A DNA stretch of 64,000 nt. It comes from Octopus bimaculoides. Taxonomy: Eukaryota. Shown piece by piece: positions 60,491-64,000 of this stretch. Positions within the stretch are counted from its first letter, which is position 1. Every line of letters begins with the position of its first letter. A model generated the notes under the pieces. That model was given only the letters and a program-made list of their open reading frames with translations, was not told the DNA's origin and did not search any database. The translations under genes and the position numbers were made by a program. The stretch covers positions 104,228,288 to 104,292,287 of the forward strand of contig NC_068987.1 in assembly GCF_001194135.2 (NCBI RefSeq), given 5' to 3'.

Positions 60491-62131
60491 GATGCACCTG
60501 CAACCAAGGTGTATACATGTACTCTGTAACAAACAGACGGAATTCAGCCCACATTGCGGCTGATGTCATCAGGTTTTTCCACTAGACAAAGAAGAATGCA
60601 TTTTATGAAGCAAACGACAAAATATTGTGAAAAACTGCGCTTGGGAGTATATACAGACCGAAGCCCTTGAAGTTGAAAACGCACCAGATAGACCTAATTT
60701 TTTTTTACCAAGTTTGAACATATTCTGTGTTATTTTGTAAAATATTTAAAAATTGTATTGTTAACAAATATCTAATTGGACAGCAATTATTTTGGTTGGT
60801 GTGTCTTTTGATGTTTTAGAATTCTAATTCATTGTGGTAGACAATCCTATGTTTATGTGTAGTATTGAAGTTAATTTATAAATGGATATAATTTAAACCA
60901 ATGTTTTATCCAGTACAAGAATTTTTCATTTACATTCATCTGTCTATGAAATACTATTTTCTTTTTTCCCCTTCATTCTAGAAGTGTACGAGCTTGTTGC
61001 TTTTTTTTTCTTCGTTTTCTAGCATTCGTCCACTATGTTCATAAAAAAATGTTTCATAACCGAAACTTTGCTTTCCAAATTAATTATATAAATTTTCTGT
61101 AGTGGTTGTATGGGTAAAAATCTCGTTGCGCAACCATGTGGTTTCAGGTTATTTTTTCATTTGGGGTTTCATTTTGCGCTTGTGTAGTTTATCGTGCCCG
61201 CGATAACACGATGGCCTATGTTTGTCCTAAGAGCGACACAGACTAGACCCAAATTATCTCTTGATATCAGCATTTGCTTCTTCTTTCGTACAAATTAGTG
61301 ATAATGAATTTTGGCGACACTTACTTTAATTCTTATACTAATATTTTACTCCATTTCTGTACACTTGCTCTAATTGTTTTATTTTGAATTTTCCCTAATT
61401 ATTTCATGATACATATTTACGGGACGAAAACGCTAAGCAGTGATGTGTATAAATCCATACTCATTACCAGTTCAAATATGCTTGAAGCATATTCGAACCC
61501 GTAAGTAAGCCATTCACAATATTTTATCATGGGGAAAATTTCTCGCTGGAGACAGATAAGAAAAAACACACCGAATCAGTCCGTCACGACGCTGACCAGA
61601 TTGGTGGATGCATATTTTATTCTTTGTTGGAAGTATACCAATGATAACCTATGAATTTTATTGCTTGGCACATTCATAAGTTTGACGAAATGTAGTGGTT
61701 TTAATCTATTCAGCTTTTATTCTTTTGAAAATAAATTTAATCAAATATCTTTTCCAATGTCTCCTAATTTTGTATCTCATAGCTGTTAGGATTTTGTATC
61801 TCTTTTTAATCTGAGTAAAAAGCGTCGCAGGAACATAAAACAAAACAAAGCTGATACCCAGACTTCTGTATGTTGTTCATAACTGGAAGGAGGATTTGAA
61901 GAAAGCGTTCATGATCCCAGACCGCATTGCAATAACATAGTTACGCCCTGACCTTATGGTATGATCTGATGTGAGGAGAAAATTCCTGAATGTCGTGTTG
62001 ACAGTGCTTTAGGAAAGCAATGATGGGTGGGCACATCAAAGGGATGGCCTAAAATATGAAGTATATAGATTCGAAGCTAGAGTGTGTACTGTCCAGGCAG
62101 TCCTTTAGTTTGTCTCTTTCCTGGACCTCAG

Positions 62132-62282
62132 CCTATACAGGCTTATACAGCAGACGCAAAAGTGTCGCCTCCGTAAAAGCGTCACCAGGAGTGGGCAGCT
62201 CCTCTACTCCCAGCTACATTACTGAGTACTCAGTGAGCCGTGTAATGCAGGAGGATGGCAGAGTACAGTTCTTCCAGTATAG
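62132..62282 (+). CDS. Putative internal exon of an unidentified plus-strand gene (AYTGLYSRRKSVASVKASPGVGSSSTPSYITEYSVSRVMQEDGRVQFFQY)
   Basis: Pyrimidine-rich acceptor gtctctttcctggacctcag, donor TAG|GTAAGA, open frame, GC higher than the flanks. Family not recognised. Confidence 0.5.
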
Positions 62283-63534
62283 GTAAGATGTCGAAAGTTT
62301 GTAACTATATTTATTCGGCTGGTTACGAAGGAAAACAGAGCAGTGATACATAAATTAGAGAGACAAGTAGAAAATGCTTCATCAGAGCTATGTAAAGGAA
62401 AGGCCGAAGCTGAGAACAAAGAACAAATTCCCAACGAGTAGTAAAATGAAAACAGTTGTTTCATTATCTTCTGTTGTTCATGTGTGGGTTAAATAAACCA
62501 ACACTTTTGGTGGCATCAATGTTGTTTAATACAAATGGAGGGAGCGATACTACCAGTAATTGTAGAAATCATTACTAGCTCCAATTGAGAGCTGCTGAAG
62601 GGAACACTCGGCAGTGTAAGCTGTGTGTAAAATAATGAGATATTTCTAAATTTTTATTACCTAATCCCAATTTTATTTAATGGAGACTTTTCTGCGTCTA
62701 GTCATTTCAATCTTTTAATTTTGTTTGGTTTAGCTAACCATTGTTCAACAGCGTCAGGGCTGCAACTTCGATTAATAAACGATATCATGTCCATCACATG
62801 AAATACTCGTATGTTAGCATTTCCTGCAGTATCATTGGTAGATTTGCCTCATTCAGCCTCATAGATACAATATAGTATACTCTCATTACTTCACATTTTT
62901 TTAGAGCTTCCACCGACCTCCGCTTCTGGACTGGCTGTCTTATTAGGTCAGTTACCTAGAACGGAAATGCTTGGTGTCATTATTTGTATTGAATTATTTT
63001 CGTTATTTCTTGCTAATGCCTTGATGCTTTTGTTTTCAAAATATTTCTCTTTATTTGTGTGTGTGTGTGTGTGTGTAAGTATGCGTGTCTGGTAATATAG
63101 AGCACGATGAGATTTATAAAATATGTATAATTATAAGTAATTAAATAGATGTAGGCTTCATAAAAAGCAACGGCTATTGTCATAAAAGAATAAGGCTACA
63201 TAAGCAGACTCGCATCCTCTTTTATCGTCTCCTCTTCTCTTTTATTTTCTATTCAATGTGTATTTTTCGTTTGCAGCACAAGACCCACTTTCATTTACCT
63301 TAAGTGCATGCAGTTGTGTTTTGTGTCACGTACTCAGTTTTTGGAAATAAATTATGATGAATCTTTTACCTAATAACTTACTCAATGGTATTACTTGTAA
63401 TGCACAACATATATTGCACCTGTAATCTTGCATGCCTTTACTTACTACTGGTGATAGATTATTAATCGATTCAATTAATTATATTTTTCCTATAAACGCC
63501 CCTTGCGGGCAGTAAAGAAATAGGTATTTTATCT

Positions 63535-64000
63535 GTCTTTACGTTCTGAGTTCAAATTCCGCCGAGGTCGACTTTGCTTTTCATCCTTTCAGGGTCGATG
63601 AAATAAGCACCAGTTATGCACTGGAGTCGATGTAATCGACTATTCACCTTCCCACCAAAAAATTATCAAAGCCTGGTGCCTAGAGTAGAAAAGAATATTT
63701 AAAGGCCGCGAGCTGGCAGAAACGTTAACACGCCGGGCGAAATTCTTAGCGGTATTTCGTCTCTCTTTAAGTTCTGAGTTCAAATTCCACTGAGGTCGAC
63801 TTTGCCTTTCGTCCTTTCGGGGTCGATAAATTAAGTACCGGTTGCGTACTGGGGTCGATCNNNNNNNNNNGTCTTTACGTTCTGAGTTCAAATTCCGCCG
63901 AGGTCGACTTTGCTTTTCATCCTTTCAGGGTCGATGAAATAAGCACCAGTTATGCACTGGAGTCGATGTAATCGACTATTCACCTTCCCACCAAAAAATT
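63535..64000 (+). mobile_element. Family B SINE copies (one block repeated across a 10-N gap)
   Basis: About 63535-63690, 63705-63860 and 63871-64000. Confidence 0.8.

Noticed and set aside
63535-64000. Exact duplication of a SINE block
   Set aside because: The identical copy begins right after a 10-N gap; likely an assembly artefact.

Overview
AT-rich, gapped eukaryotic genomic DNA, most likely a coleoid cephalopod (Octopus-like). The species call is an inference from the SINE/RTE repeat families and microsatellite load. The window holds the 5' part of a BRCA2 orthologue on the minus strand. The start codon is at 46770, and a chain of exons runs to at least 11273 and possibly 3427; the phases are compatible at every junction except one, between the 1.8 kb and 3.3 kb exons. 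The chain encodes a PALB2-type NWFxxL motif, an ASTP motif, SWTSSLATPP, and a 3.3 kb exon with nine BRC repeats: seven in a spacer-less 105-nt tandem array plus a separate pair. No DNA-binding domain or C-terminus was found, so these presumably lie off the left edge. Introns and upstream DNA are packed with tRNA-derived SINEs, RTE, CRE and L1-like LINE fragments, mariner/DD37D relics, hAT and CACTA MITEs, and a two-copy solo-LTR-like element. The most unusual observations are the homogenised BRC array, a 33/36-nt coding minisatellite that continues into the intron as stop-containing copies, a ~155-bp foldback near the presumed promoter that puts the same exon end and splice donor on both strands, two hammerhead-ribozyme-like motifs, and a likely BRCA2 exon partly lost in an assembly gap. 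Most listed short ORFs are repeat-derived or gap artefacts. SINE and LINE boundaries are approximate.
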